Positions 1-11,510 of a stretch of 64,000 nucleotides of DNA are shown piece by piece. The translations under genes were made by a program, and so were the position numbers. Position 1 is the stretch's first letter, and each line of letters starts with the position of its first letter. The notes beneath the pieces were generated by a model, which was not told where the DNA came from, did no database searches, and was given only the letters and a program-made list of their open reading frames with translations. The DNA comes from Catajapyx aquilonaris (lineage: Eukaryota), in contig KZ538295.1 in NCBI GenBank assembly GCA_000934665.2, positions 124,001 through 188,000 on the forward strand, given 5' to 3'.

Positions 1-1601
1 CGTTGCCTCGTCGCCCACCACTTTGCCCAATGAACTTACCTTTCTTGGGATAGCACGATTTTTTGGGGGGGTGTGTAGGCAATGTGTATTTGTCAACTGG
101 GTTGCCTGGTTTCTAGGATATGTAGTGACGCAGGTTGGGGAGGGGAGTCTGACAGGGCAAATCTAATTATTTCACGATCCGACTCCCACTTGAGCTGGGC
201 CTAAGCCCCACTTGTCGCGGAATAGCTGCGGGGCCCTCCGGTTTTCCTGTCAGGGGACGCGAGCAACTTTCCAGAAGCATCTGCTGATGGGAAAGGAGAA
301 ATCCAGGACTTGGGTGTCACTCAAGGACACATTTAGCAAGTCGGGGGGGTTTGCACAAAAAAAAAAAAGAAGTTTTACAACAGAGCAATCTGTCGTGCTT
401 GGTGCCAGCCCAACTGTTACAGTGTTTGCTAACTTTGCCAGAAACACTTTGCAGGGCGGCCATTTTGGGAGTCTCTCGGGAGCAGCCTGGACGCACGGGA
501 ATGCACGGAAACGCACGAAACTTTATAAAAATGGAGGTCTACTTATAGGATAAGTGATGAAGTAAACTAAAACAAGGTCGATTACTAGGTTGTAAATTGA
601 GGATGTGGCCAATGGACAGTGCCCTTTGTTCAATAAGTTCCAGCCACCACGTGGTGCCACGTGTGGGTTACATGAATTGCTTAGATGGCCAGTTGAAGGG
701 GGTTATAAATCGACACCTGAATCTTTCATCATTTGGCCCTAGGGGTCCCTTTTCCTTGATTCCCAAGCTCACGGTTTTCGGGGGGGCATCGTCGTTAAGA
801 ACCCCCCCCTCTCTCTGTTTTAATAGTTTCGAGGGAGAAGAAAACTGCGCAAAATTAATTTCCATGGCAGGACCAGGCGGCTTGCCACTCTTTCATGACA
901 CTTTAATTTTGGGGAAACTCGGGGCTAGGCCTTTTAGGGAAATTGAACCCTCCGATTTGGAAAACAGCGGACGAAAACAAGAGGACCATTTCCTTGATTG
1001 CATTTTCTTTAATTTAGATAATGGTCAGTAAATGACAACCTACTCTCTCCCTCCCACTTTTTTTTTCGGATGGGAGGGATGCTTGTACAGGAGCTAAGCT
1101 GAGAGAGGTGGAAAAAAGGAAGTGGGAATGCGGTGAAAAAGTAGTCTCAAAGGTGCGGTTTTTGGATGTATGCCTTAACAGGTGATGAACAAGCCACTTT
1201 TGTGCAACTTCTGTACGTTAAAAAAAGTAGAGCTTTTCGCAAATTAGGGCACTAAAACTGACATTACAAAAGGGATTATCGATCGTTTTATTGCAATTGA
1301 AAATAGGACAGTCTTGATCTTGGAGTGGGTGCCACATTAAAACTGTCGTGAATTTGGCAAAGGATGGCGCCAGCGGTAGAACCAGGGTTACAACAGGCAT
1401 AAAAATCTGTCGGGTCTCCTGTTTTTTCATTGGATATAGGAGCACAAAAAAAACAGCGAAGAAGTGCAGTCTTCTTGATTGGAACCGAGGATCCTCCGTG
1501 GTTATGACGATCGTAATAAATTGTTTCAGTTGTTACTGTTGTGTGTGGCAGGGTTTTGTCGCTGACACGTTGGTTCTTTTTTTTGTTTTAGGCTTCACAG
1601 C

Positions 1602-1690
1602 ATGACTATGGACATGAAGCCGGAGCCTCAGAAAGTTGGGGCTGCTTCGTCACAGGACTGTGCAGGATGTGGGAAAAGAATCATGGACAG
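1602..1690 (+). CDS. LMO: LMO paralog A coding exon 1 ([30 protein letters not shown])
   Basis: ATG at 1602 follows a T-rich acceptor (AG at 1590-1591 or 1599-1600). Carries the first CxxC of LIM1. Donor GTAAGC at 1691, phase 2. Confidence 0.92.
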
Positions 1691-4600
1691 GTAAGCAGTG
1701 ACTGACTTATCTTGAACAGGTAATCCATAACCAGTGATTACAAAAAGGTGGAGAAGAAACGCAACAATTATCACGATATTTTTCAAGCAGTCTTGCTCAC
1801 TATGTCAAAACTGTGAGAGACAGTATCGCTTTGTGTGTAAAGAATCACGAACCTTTGCTCAATCACAGAAAAAAAACATAACGTGCGATGAGAAGTCAGG
1901 GATTAGATTGACGGTAGTGATGCGCCCATTAGATAAATATGCCAACTTCACTCTTTTTCCTGCCGGGTTTTGCGGTATTTTTTAGCTAACAGGACGCATT
2001 TGCAAATCCATTCTCCTAATAGGCTTATTCTCTCCGTCGGATGTTTGTCCGGCTTGATAGTATTGCTATTGACCTAAAGGTGGCAGGAGTGTGCAGAGGG
2101 AGTGTGCGTCATCTATGCACGAAGAATTGAACTACATGGTAAATCGGCGGGCATCTCATTAAAACTGTCATATTGATTACAGGGTTTGCCCAATTTTGGC
2201 ACGGGTTTACTATAGTTGGTACAGAATGCCAGGAGACGACCATAGGAAATGGCATTAGTGGGACAGGGCATGTGACAATAATGGTATGACCTCGCCTCAA
2301 CTTTATGGACCGAGGCTATCTCATCCATTTCGCGAATATTTATTTTTCAAGGACGGATGGTCCATATAATTCTAAAGTCATACCCTGCGGATACCAAAAG
2401 GCAAGGGGTCATCCGGCAGCAGCACAAAACTCGGGCGAGAGATTTAACAAGGCCTGCGGGCACCTTTGCGTGGCATTGAGGGTGGCTCGTTATGTACAGT
2501 CGAGAGGAGTCTGCTCCACTTATTACAGGGTGGTGCACTTCTCAGGTGCACAGTTCAATTGACAGTACACATGAATGGTTTAGTCAGCATCCAATTAGAC
2601 TCTTCGCTTATGTAATCATGTACATTTTTGGAAACCTGGCTTAGTATGATTGTGTTAACTTTTTCCTCTCATGATCTGTATGTGTCTTGGGATATTGCAC
2701 CACCCTGTACATATCTAACCCCTTGACCAATGGGGAGAATCAGTGTGCGCAAGGGAACAGAAATGGCGGATGGACAGCCTGAGGGAAGCTCTGGGAAAAG
2801 CTTGAAAGCCAGATGATGTCTTGGGTTGGAAAATATGGTGGGGCTAGGGTGTAATGCCCTAATGAGGCAGCCCAGAGAGAGTGAGAGAGAGAGGAAAAGG
2901 CCTAATGGAAGTATTGTAGCAGTCCGTTCGATCCGTTGCACCCTCCCTCAACCTCTCTCTCTCTTCTCTTCTAAATGGAGTGGGATGGATGCGGCACAAA
3001 GTTTGTTTTGAAAGGGATCCGTATGTCGGATTGGCTTTTGCGAAAAGGGGTATAGGGTGGGTGGGGAGGCTTTAGAGATGTTTACGTGCGGGCGCCAAGT
3101 AGGCACACGTTGCATCAGGCTGCTTCGAGGAATAAGATGGTGCAACCACTTTGCCGATGGTTTGATAGATTGTGCGTCGAGACGGATTTTCTAAGACATC
3201 CACGAACCATCAATCAAGGATTGGAGGGCTTGTCTCAAAAAACCGACTGCTGTGATGCCGCAACTGACAAGTTAATTTTTGTACAAATGGACAGGTTCTA
3301 ACAAATGATGGTTGGGTTATTTTTTTGGGAAGTTCAATTGGTTTGTGTTTTGTACTAGTACATAGTTGGCCTTTTGGTTGGAGAGATGGGTTGTGATGTT
3401 CACGATGTACAGTGGTGGAAATTAATGGATATCCACAAGTATCGCCGCCTGGCGGAGCTTTTCCTTTGCGTGAAGGGTGAAGCGATGAAGCGAATAAACT
3501 CGTACAGTGCATGACTTAATCACACACATACAAGAGTTCGTCGAATTGGTGCAGAAATCAGATGGCATTGCTTTGCAAACAAGGGAACGAAACATTCTCT
3601 TGGGGAAGGTGACAAAACTTCTCAAGGGGAAGGTCAAAAGAGACCAAAATCATCTTGACATCTCGTAATGGATGGTTCCCAAAGGGAAGTGTCTGCCAAA
3701 TAAATCTTGCAAATGCGATCGGAAATAATGCAACAACAAAGGTTCCTGGTTGAACAAGGCGGCTGTTCTCCAGAGAGCCATTGACTGAACACTTCTTTCG
3801 ATCTAGAAGAACTAATTGTAATATTAACGTCTAGTTAATTCCTCTTCATATTTGGGAAACATTACACTGTAACTAACCATTTAAGACATGGGATATTGGG
3901 CTACATGTCTGATTCAATAATACGGTAAACTGTACAACACTTTTCAGACCCGGATTTGTTTACCGACTGTAAATATACGGCTCTATTTTGAGAGCAAACG
4001 AAAGGTTTGGAATAGATCTCCACAGCTGTACACCACATGCAATTTGTTGCGCTTATTTTGTGCCTCACACTTGTTACCATTACAGCTGCCTTTTCACACC
4101 GGTTCAGATGAAAAGGACCGTATACAGTAAGTCGCTTCATTTGAACCCCAGAGATTTCCCAGAAACCTTTGTGAAGAGATTATGTAGAACTGAACAGCAT
4201 TCAATAGGCTAATTGTCTCATATTTCACCTACGCTGTAAGGCAATTACACTGTACTACGCTTCCGATTTCTGCAAAGTACATGTCAAGGCTACATTCTCG
4301 GAATTCTGCTCGATAGTGATACTGTAATACATCAGGTGGGGGATTCAAGATAATATATTGATGACATTCAATTATTACGTTTTCTACAGTGTTATAAGGC
4401 TATCTTATTGTTCAGCTCTCTAACGATAAGTTTTATGCTGTTGCGTAATAACTACCTCGTTATATGCAGCTTTTCTAAACAAATTACCCGCCATAACGTT
4501 TGCCTGCCATTTTTCGACAACATAAAAGGCTCTTCGTCCTCTTCAGGTACTTGTTGAAGGCCCTGGACCTGTACTGGCACGAAGACTGTCTGAAGTGTGG

Positions 4601-6938
4601 CTGCTGCGACTGTCGACTTGGAGAAGTCGGATCAACCCTTTACACCAAAGCCAACCTCATCCTCTGCAGGAGAGACTACCTCAGGTGAGAAACACCCTTT
4701 TCAATATTTTTTCGGTCTCACCCTGTACCGCAAACGAGGACTTGATGCTAAGTGGGCTTGGACACGAGCCTTGAGAGTGTATCGTTTGGCGCGTGGCCTT
4801 AGCCACGAAACCTGCAATTAAGGGGTGTAGGCTATCTTATGTGGAGCTTGATGACTGCCGTGACTTTGTCTAGTAGGGGGGTCGGGGTCTTTACTTTTTT
4901 TTATTATTTAAGCGAGAGTCACGCGAGCAGTGCGTGCAGGTACAGGTCAAGGAGGAAGATGGCCGAAGAAGCTGGCTATCTTGATGGTTGAGCAAGGAGC
5001 GAGAAAATTAATAAATAATATAGTCCAAGGTCCTCTTAAAAAGCAAACTTATGTCCCATTTTGTTCGGTTACAGGTTGTTTGGAACCACCGGTTACTGCG
5101 CAGCCTGTTCAAAAGTCATTCCAGCCTTCGAGATGGTGATGAGGGCCAGGAATAATGTCTACCATCTAGAATGCTTCGCCTGTCAGCAGTGCAACCACAG
5201 GTAGGCTGTGATTGTAGGGGTGGACAAAATAACTGCTACTGGTATACAAAAATAGCAGTGATTACTGCTGTTGCTATTCAAAGTAGCAGTGATCAGACAT
5301 ACTTCAGTAGCTATTCAAAATAGTAGTGATTTCAAGCACATTTAGTGCAATATTTTTCTGTTTTTTCTACTGTACAAACTGGTGATTTTTACTGACACAA
5401 CCGAGTGCGCACCCACACTCGCGCAAGTCCATTGTTCCGACAACAACGTTGCCACAGTTGCTTCTCAGGGGGTCAAATTCACACCGGTAGCCTCCAAAGG
5501 CAGCCTCTAAGGTCCGTTCCAGAGCCTTGGCAACGTCGCAAATGTCGGCCATATTGTTTCCTCCTCAAACGTAGTGTTGGAAATAATTTGCGCTGTGTTG
5601 CGCAATCTATTACGCTCATTAAAAAATTCATATATAACACCTAGTAATCAAAGACGCTGCGCTGCTTCAGACTTTGAGAGCTATACATATAGTTTTAATA
5701 ATATGGCAAAATTTATGCAATTTTTGGTCCATATTGGGAGTGATGATTGTTACGTACGTGTTGACTTTACAGGTTTTGTGTGGGTGATCGGTTCTACTTG
5801 TGCGACAACAAGATTCTCTGCGAGTATGACTACGAAGAGAGAATGGTTTTCGCAAACATGGCTCTTAACCCTAACAACGTGGCTCACGCCAAGAGGCAAT
5901 CTGCTCATATTCCTGTAAGTAGCCTACTCGATGTATTTCCAAGCATGCTGTTTATTTGGTCCATTCAAACTGTTACGCTTATTATCCATCAACCCTGCAC
6001 CGGTTTATTTTTTATGGATGGAAATTCGGCACTTGCAGGATTAAGTTACATGCATTGCGATTAGGCACTAATTGTCTGGAAAACCTTGGATACGATTGCT
6101 GTCAGTTGGCCTGCCATTGCGATTGTAATCTGCCGGTTCATTAGTACAAAGAGAGATCAATGTCTGTTCGACGGGATTTTTTTGTGCCAAAAAAATGGGG
6201 GGAGGCTAAACGGCGGATTAACACGCGCATTTAATCCCATTTTAATTAACAGGCATCGTTGACTCGTTTACTGCTTGTACGCAACACACTTTCCTAATTG
6301 CTCAGTTTAACGGATTAAATTCAGCTCGCATGCGCCTTCCTACCATTTTTGCAAAAAGAAAAAAAGTTTAAAAAAACAAACCTGCGAAAGGCTGACACCT
6401 GTTGAGCTCTTCCCTTCCAAGATGGGCACATACGCATGTGGACCTGTACTTTCCAAAATAACTAGACAGAAAAAGTAGCCCATCTTAGAAGCTATATTAC
6501 GGTAAGATAGCTGTTACTTTTGAGCAGGCGATATTGATATGATATTTGGCTAAATTGTTGCTAATCCGACATAAATTCATCCAATAAGTACGAACTGCTA
6601 CTATTAGTAGCTATTTTTGAATTCAGCAACCATGTTTGAAGTTAACTGCTATTTTACCCTTAAGTGTCATGGCCGACGTAGTTCAATCGACTTTCCAACA
6701 TAGCTGTCTTGCTAATTCGGAGTCTCATTTGTATGTTGGTTTTTTGGTCTTTGTCTCGTAGCCGCCCCTCCACCAAGGAGGTCCGCCATCCGGAATGGCA
6801 ACCCCCGCTCCTCCCCCAGGTCACGCTCACAACGGCCTGGGCGACATGAACAACAACATGGCCCCGGGGCAATCGGCCCCTCCTCCGCAACCACCAGGTC
6901 CAAGGAAGAATGCTCTGAGCCTCGGAAGCAGCAGCTGA
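1602..6938 (+). CDS. LMO: LIM-domain-only protein, paralog A (LMO1/LMO3/rhombotin, Beadex-like); 5 coding exons, 223 aa
   Basis: Exons 1602-1690, 4547-4684, 5075-5200, 5773-5914 and 6762-6938 join through GT..AG introns (phases 2,2,2,0) into a 672-nt ORF. It encodes two tandem LIM domains ([18 protein letters not shown] and [18 protein letters not shown]) and no homeodomain. The [31 protein letters not shown] segment matches my recollection of Drosophila dLMO/Beadex. Confidence 0.95.
2011..2200. repeat. Dispersed ~190-bp repeat (second copy at ~40773-40970)
   Basis: Collinear similarity seen by eye, e.g. ttctcctaataggcttattctctccgtc, ggtggcaggagtgtgcagagggagt, ggtaaatcggcggg. Related pieces at ~10135-10205, ~30020-30210, ~44010-44190 and ~50250-50390. 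Confidence 0.85.
2524..2709. mobile_element. Tc1/mariner-type MITE (TA-CAGGGTG termini)
   Basis: TACAGGGTGGTGCA ... TGCACCACCCTGTA terminal inverted repeats including flanking TA. Confidence 0.7.
4547..4684 (+). CDS. LMO: LMO paralog A coding exon 2 (rest of LIM1)
   Basis: Acceptor tcctcttcag, donor GTGAGA. Encodes [45 protein letters not shown]. Confidence 0.97.
5075..5200 (+). CDS. LMO: LMO paralog A coding exon 3 (start of LIM2)
   Basis: Acceptor ttacag, donor GTAGGC. Encodes [41 protein letters not shown]. Confidence 0.97.
5380..5633. mobile_element. MITE-like repeat in intron 3 of paralog A (family of 43153-43329 and 55156-55297)
   Basis: Shares caaccgagtgcgcacccacactcg with the 43153 copy (inverted). 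Shares gacaacaacgttgccacagt and gtagtgttggaaa..tgtgttgcgca with the 55156 copy. Confidence 0.75.
5773..5914 (+). CDS. LMO: LMO paralog A coding exon 4 (end of LIM2)
   Basis: Acceptor ctttacag, donor GTAAGT (phase 0). Encodes [47 protein letters not shown]. Confidence 0.96.
6762..6938 (+). CDS. LMO: LMO paralog A terminal coding exon (Pro/Gly-rich tail)
   Basis: Strong pyrimidine tract and AG at 6760-6761. Phase-0 reading gives [58 protein letters not shown] then TGA. GC-rich block followed by UTR-like sequence. Confidence 0.85.
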   Translation, partial: PPLHQGGPPSGMATPAPPPGHAHNGLGDMNNNMAPGQSAPPPQPPGPRKNALSLGSSS

Positions 6939-8092
6939 GATCTGGAACCATATTGAAACCCCGGAACTGCTATTTGGTCAGTGACCTGACCTTTTAGGGG
7001 TCAGTGACCCCTTAAACCGTGTTTTTTTCCCCCTGTGTGTGATAAAGCGCACTAAAAATTGTGGAGCGAACATTTTTAGGCTCTGGTGACCAATGCTGTG
7101 CGACCTTGCACAATTCTTGGTGGCTGCTGTTAGACTTAGAAGCGGGGCAGCTGTTGTGTAATGTGTGTATAGATTTTCATAGTATTTTTTAAATAGAGGG
7201 AGTTATACATAGATCGTATATATGTGACCCAGTAAGCAGTCGGAGAGTGTTAATGTACTGTACAGATTGTAATGTGTAGAGAGAGAAAAAAAAGTATAAT
7301 AAGTTGAGAAGAGACTTACGGTTTATTTATTTCACATTGGTTGTGTTAATATTAATTTATTCGCAACATTCGTCTAATTTGCGCTTCAGGTCTGCTACCT
7401 TACTCATTTCCACTTACAAGCTCCCCAAATTGCTTCGGAAAATTTGCTCCATAGCATCTCTCCCCCTCTTTTGTCTCCAGGGAAAACCCTCGCAATATCC
7501 TCCTTTCTTCCCCTCTGGCCACAAGATTGTGCAAAAACCCGATCAAGCATTGTTGAGATCTCCCTTGATTACTCCCCGAGTGTCCCTCAGCATGCTGTTG
7601 CACCGTCACCGGACAAGAATTTGGTGGAAACAAACGAGGATCCTGCTTCTCATCTGACTCCCACCGTGGGTCCAGCTTGACAGCACGTCGATCCCATTGA
7701 AGTCAGGGCCTCCGGATGGACATTGAATCTTCCGGGATATTGGTCCTCTCCTCCGTATATACGTATATATAGAAAAAAAAGCCGGGAGCTTCTGCAATCT
7801 CACCTCCCCTCCTCCTCCTCCTCCTCCTCCTCCCCCTCCTCCCGACTACCACCTTCATTGGCTATGCAAAGAGCGTTGCTTGATCACCGCTCTGCTTTAT
7901 GGCTTGGTCTCCGTGGCCGGGAGGGGGAAAATCGGAAAACAAGAGGCCCGCCTTGATGGATGCCAGCCTTTTTGCCTGCTGGGGGAAGGGGGGTTGGGGG
8001 GGCGAAATGCAGACTTTGGTGGGGGGTAAGGGCTTCCACTTCTTGTCCCTTTCATGGGCTGCTGGGTGTTTTTTGGGGGATTCCTTGGGGGT

Positions 8093-8402
8093 CATACCTT
8101 AATGCAGCAGATGATGGTTTTCAAGTAATGATCCGCTTACGAAATGGCTGTAGAAATATAGGAGAAGGCAAGCATTGGGAAATCACACGAGCGTGATTCG
8201 AGTAGACTTTTTCTCATGGGGCAAAGGAGAAATGAAACTGACAACAATCAATGTCAATCCGGTTGGTCAGCCTCATTTCCCGCTGCCCCATTAGAAAAAA
8301 GTGTATTCGAATCACGCTCGTGTGATTTGCCAGCCATATTTCTGCAGAAATTTCTGAAGTGGATCATTACTTGAAAACCGTCGTCTGCTGCATGAAGGTA
8401 TG
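8093..8402. mobile_element. Nested foldback/MITE, ~310 bp
   Basis: Outer arms CATACCTTAATGCAGCAGATGATGGTTTTCAAGTAATGATCC / GGATCATTACTTGAAAACCGTCGTCTGCTGCATGAAGGTATG. Inner arms AAATCACACGAGCGTGATTCGA / TCGAATCACGCTCGTGTGATTT. Confidence 0.85.
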
Positions 8403-8439
8403 CCTGTACCTGTATATTGTTACCTGATTGCAGATTTGA

Positions 8440-8645
8440 TCTTGGCGGATAAAGTGTACCCGGAAAACCAGAAGTGGCCGGTCACCGAATGTTGACCATA
8501 AAACCTATTTTGGATACGAATCCGAAAACAGTTGGTTGCTATATCTCTGCATGATGTGGTTTAGGCCCTGATACCTGTCCACAGACAGACGGACGGACAG
8601 AGCCGTTACGTAAGACGTTTTTTTCGATGAGAAAACGTAGAAAAA
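8440..8645 (-). mobile_element. DINE-1/Helentron-like non-autonomous fragment
   Basis: On the - strand: T-run, short stem-loop, then a GTCY microsatellite (gtccgtccgtctgtctgt), as in DINE-1/HINE elements. A homologous copy lies at ~34905-35085. The superfamily call is inference. Confidence 0.55.
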
Positions 8646-9931
8646 GCCGTAACTGCAATGTTGTAGTTACGGCTTTTTTGCTAATGACGCGACAGCCATT
8701 TCATCTGAATTAACACCACATGTAAGTAAGTGCATAGTTACAACATCAACTTACTGTTATTGGAGTTGACGCAGAGTCTGTGAAAGTTGGTAAATTTTTT
8801 GCCAATAGGCTACAGCGACCATGGTATGTCAAGTAGAAATAAGTGTCATTAAAATGTAGTGAATGCCATGCGTCAAAGATATACTTGCAATTTTGCTAAA
8901 ATTGTTCGAGGGTTCCTGCAATTTTGGTTTGAAGGGTCCTTGTCTTGCGACATGGAATAAAACTGTAATGCTGGCTTGTTACAAAATATTTTTAAAAACG
9001 CTAAATTGTTAATTTCAAGACAGCCACTGCAAACACTGCCACTTTTTTCGCTTTCTTATACTATAGGAGCAACCTCCAATAACGGTTGTCAGTCTGAGAG
9101 AATCGATCCAAGAGAATGTCTTTTATTGGATGTGCTAAAGAATCCCTCATTCATCGAAACAGTTACACAGTTACATCTACTGTGGAAAGATTTTTCCCCT
9201 CAGAATATGTCCAACTTAAAAGTAATTTGAATGAATTTAATACACTGGCAGTGTACCGATCCACGAGATTGTGATTTTGTAGTAATGCGAAACATAATAT
9301 TGGCGAAAACCGGTTGCCTCTTTGCCCAAGCGGATTATTCAAAACGTTCATATTTTCACCACAATCGGCCTGTGCATTGCACTACCTTATGGGAATAGTA
9401 CATCGGGCAGGATTGCTTCAATTCGGTTATAACCCGAAAATCCGCCTCATCACAGTCAGAGATAGACACCGTAAATATTTAACGAAAATTGAGCTCCCGA
9501 GAAATGGGTATTATTTCGGATTCAACCTAACCGATGTCGTTCCCCCAGCAAAATATAAGTCCGCCAAAATAACAGGTAATGCACCCAGCAAGACCATGAC
9601 AACCCAGTTGTTACACCGAGGTAATTTGGGAGCACAAACCATACACTTGCTCTCCCTTCAAGACCCATATCAAGAGGAAAAATTTCCGGTTAAGGACATG
9701 AATCGATACAGGATATACGGGAAGGCACCCCCTACTCACCTGAATAATTAATCGTGCAATTAGGCACGACTTATTCCGTTGACCGATGACCGAAATGAAG
9801 AGGCGACCCACTCTGTACCCAATCATGTGTATAGGGTGATCCTAAATGAAGAAACACAGCTTATACTTAGCCCGTCTATGCCTAGCGTCCTATATGTAGG
9901 ACACTTGTACAATCGGTTAAAGGAGTAGCTT

Positions 9932-10048
9932 ACCAGACCATGACTAGAAATTAGCCTCCAACAGAAGTGCTGCCTCCATCTGATGCAATAACTCGCACTC
10001 TTCCAGGCAGCACCTCTGTTGGAGGCTAATTTCTTGGTCTGGTCTGGT
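9932..10048. repeat. Hairpin/MITE-like palindrome
   Basis: AGAAATTAGCCTCCAACAGAAGTGCTGCCT ... AGGCAGCACCTCTGTTGGAGGCTAATTTCT (30-bp arms, 1 mismatch), plus outer ACCAGACCA/TGGTCTGGT. Confidence 0.85.
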
Positions 10049-11439
10049 GTATATAAGATGTCAGATGTTTAGTTATTCTGTAAATGTAAACATGTCAAAA
10101 AATTTTAAACTGCTCGTGTAGTACCTAATTCGTCTCATAGATGGCGCATCCTCCCTCTCCTCACATGGGAGGCACTAGCTGATGACTCATCCCGGACAAA
10201 CACAGGTATAGACATATTTCTATACATATGATGAGCATAATTTTTTGCCAATGGGATCACCCTGTAGGCATATCCGATATCGCGATTTTGATGCCAGGAG
10301 AGGGGGGAGGGGGTCCCCCTCTGGCGGGTTTGTGGCTAATCCCTGCTCGGGCTTGGTGGCCGAATATTGAAATCCCATCATTCCAGTATATTTGCGGCGG
10401 GGGCTTCCAACAACCTATGCTGCTGGCCAAAGTGGGCGTGTCGCACGCAAACTTTCAACCTTACCCCCGCTCGATACCACGCCCAGCTAGTTTATTTTTA
10501 TGGGGGCCTGGGCCCCATGCTTTATGTGTTTCCTCGCTTTGACAAGACCCCCAGCATTGGGTTAGGTGGTAATTACACGGCGTCGTGGGCCGCAATAGGT
10601 TTCGAGGGGGTGGTGGTGGTGGCCCCATGGATTTGCTACCAAGAATAAGCTCATTATAACCGACGGTCGTGTCAAAAATGTAAAGTGCTGCGGTGGGCAC
10701 GTGGGTACGGGACTTGTGTGCGGAAACTGCAATATATAGGAGGGGACCCGGGTTAAAGTTTTGTAGAGAGAAAAAAATATATAGTGTGAAATGAGGGTTC
10801 CTCGTGTCCGATTGGACGGAAGAAGTGGGTGGCATATCCTTCCGGGATGTTGGGTCCCAAAAGCTACTTGGTGGACCACATCTTGAGACATGGGCTCCTG
10901 CGCGCTTCCACTCTCTCCAGATTCTCTAAAGGCCAGTGGAGAAGTGGTGTATACAAAGGCCAGTTTTTTTATCCGATGGTGCTTTCTTTTGGAGCCTTGC
11001 TCCATATTCTGTTCAATGTACAGTCGCAAGATGACAATTCAAGGTCAGGAGGACCATGAAAGAAGTATGCTCCAACTGTACAACGTGGAGAAACAGTTAA
11101 TTTCGATTCTTTAGTAGAAAATGGCTCAAACAAATATTTCAGTTGTGAGTATAGCAATTTGTAGGGATGTATTGCACAAATAAGCTTGTGAATCTACTTG
11201 GTTACAGCAGTAAGTTCCGCCCCACACTTTTGTTGTAATCTCAGATTAGACGCCTCATACATCAAGATTATGACGTCCTCTACTGTATATTACTAGTGGT
11301 GAAATAGTATTTTCTATTGACTAACCGAAGGTGGTAAGGTCGCAAAGAAGGTAACTTCGTGATTAATGTGCTCCATCAGTAATAATTTATTCGAGTGATT
11401 TTCGCATTTTCTTACACTATGACTAGATAGACACCTATA

Positions 11440-11510
11440 GGGTCGAATTTTCGTCCCATTGCTAGTTACTGATACGTTAGAAGTGTCTAGCAGTGATGGG
11501 ACGAAAATTC
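11440..11510. mobile_element. Short copy of the GAATTTTCGTCCCAC hairpin MITE family
   Basis: GAATTTTCGTCCCAT ... ATGGGACGAAAATTC inverted ends with ctagttactg. Confidence 0.75.

Noticed and set aside
212..1445. Short ORFs upstream of paralog A and most other ORF-track entries
   Set aside because: No recognisable domains, many alternative starts and homopolymer-derived residues; consistent with chance ORFs in non-coding DNA.
2011..2200. Intronic similarity between the two genes as a relic of the duplication
   Set aside because: The shared pieces lie in non-equivalent introns (A intron 1 vs B intron 3; A intron 3 vs B intron 1) and also occur outside the genes, so they are independent repeat insertions.
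6939..7400. miR-9 sites (known for the Drosophila dLMO 3'UTR) and motifs shared by the two UTRs (AATGTACTGT, ATGTGACC); a single K-box-like TGTGATA at 7038-7044
   Set aside because: No CCAAAG seed match was seen in either putative UTR. Shared 8-10-mers and one 7-mer are within chance expectation for ~500-nt AT-rich sequences.
9752..9860. SECIS element that would make TGA 9272 a selenocysteine
   Set aside because: A small stem exists, but the AUGA / helix / AA / GA spacing of a eukaryotic SECIS is not met.
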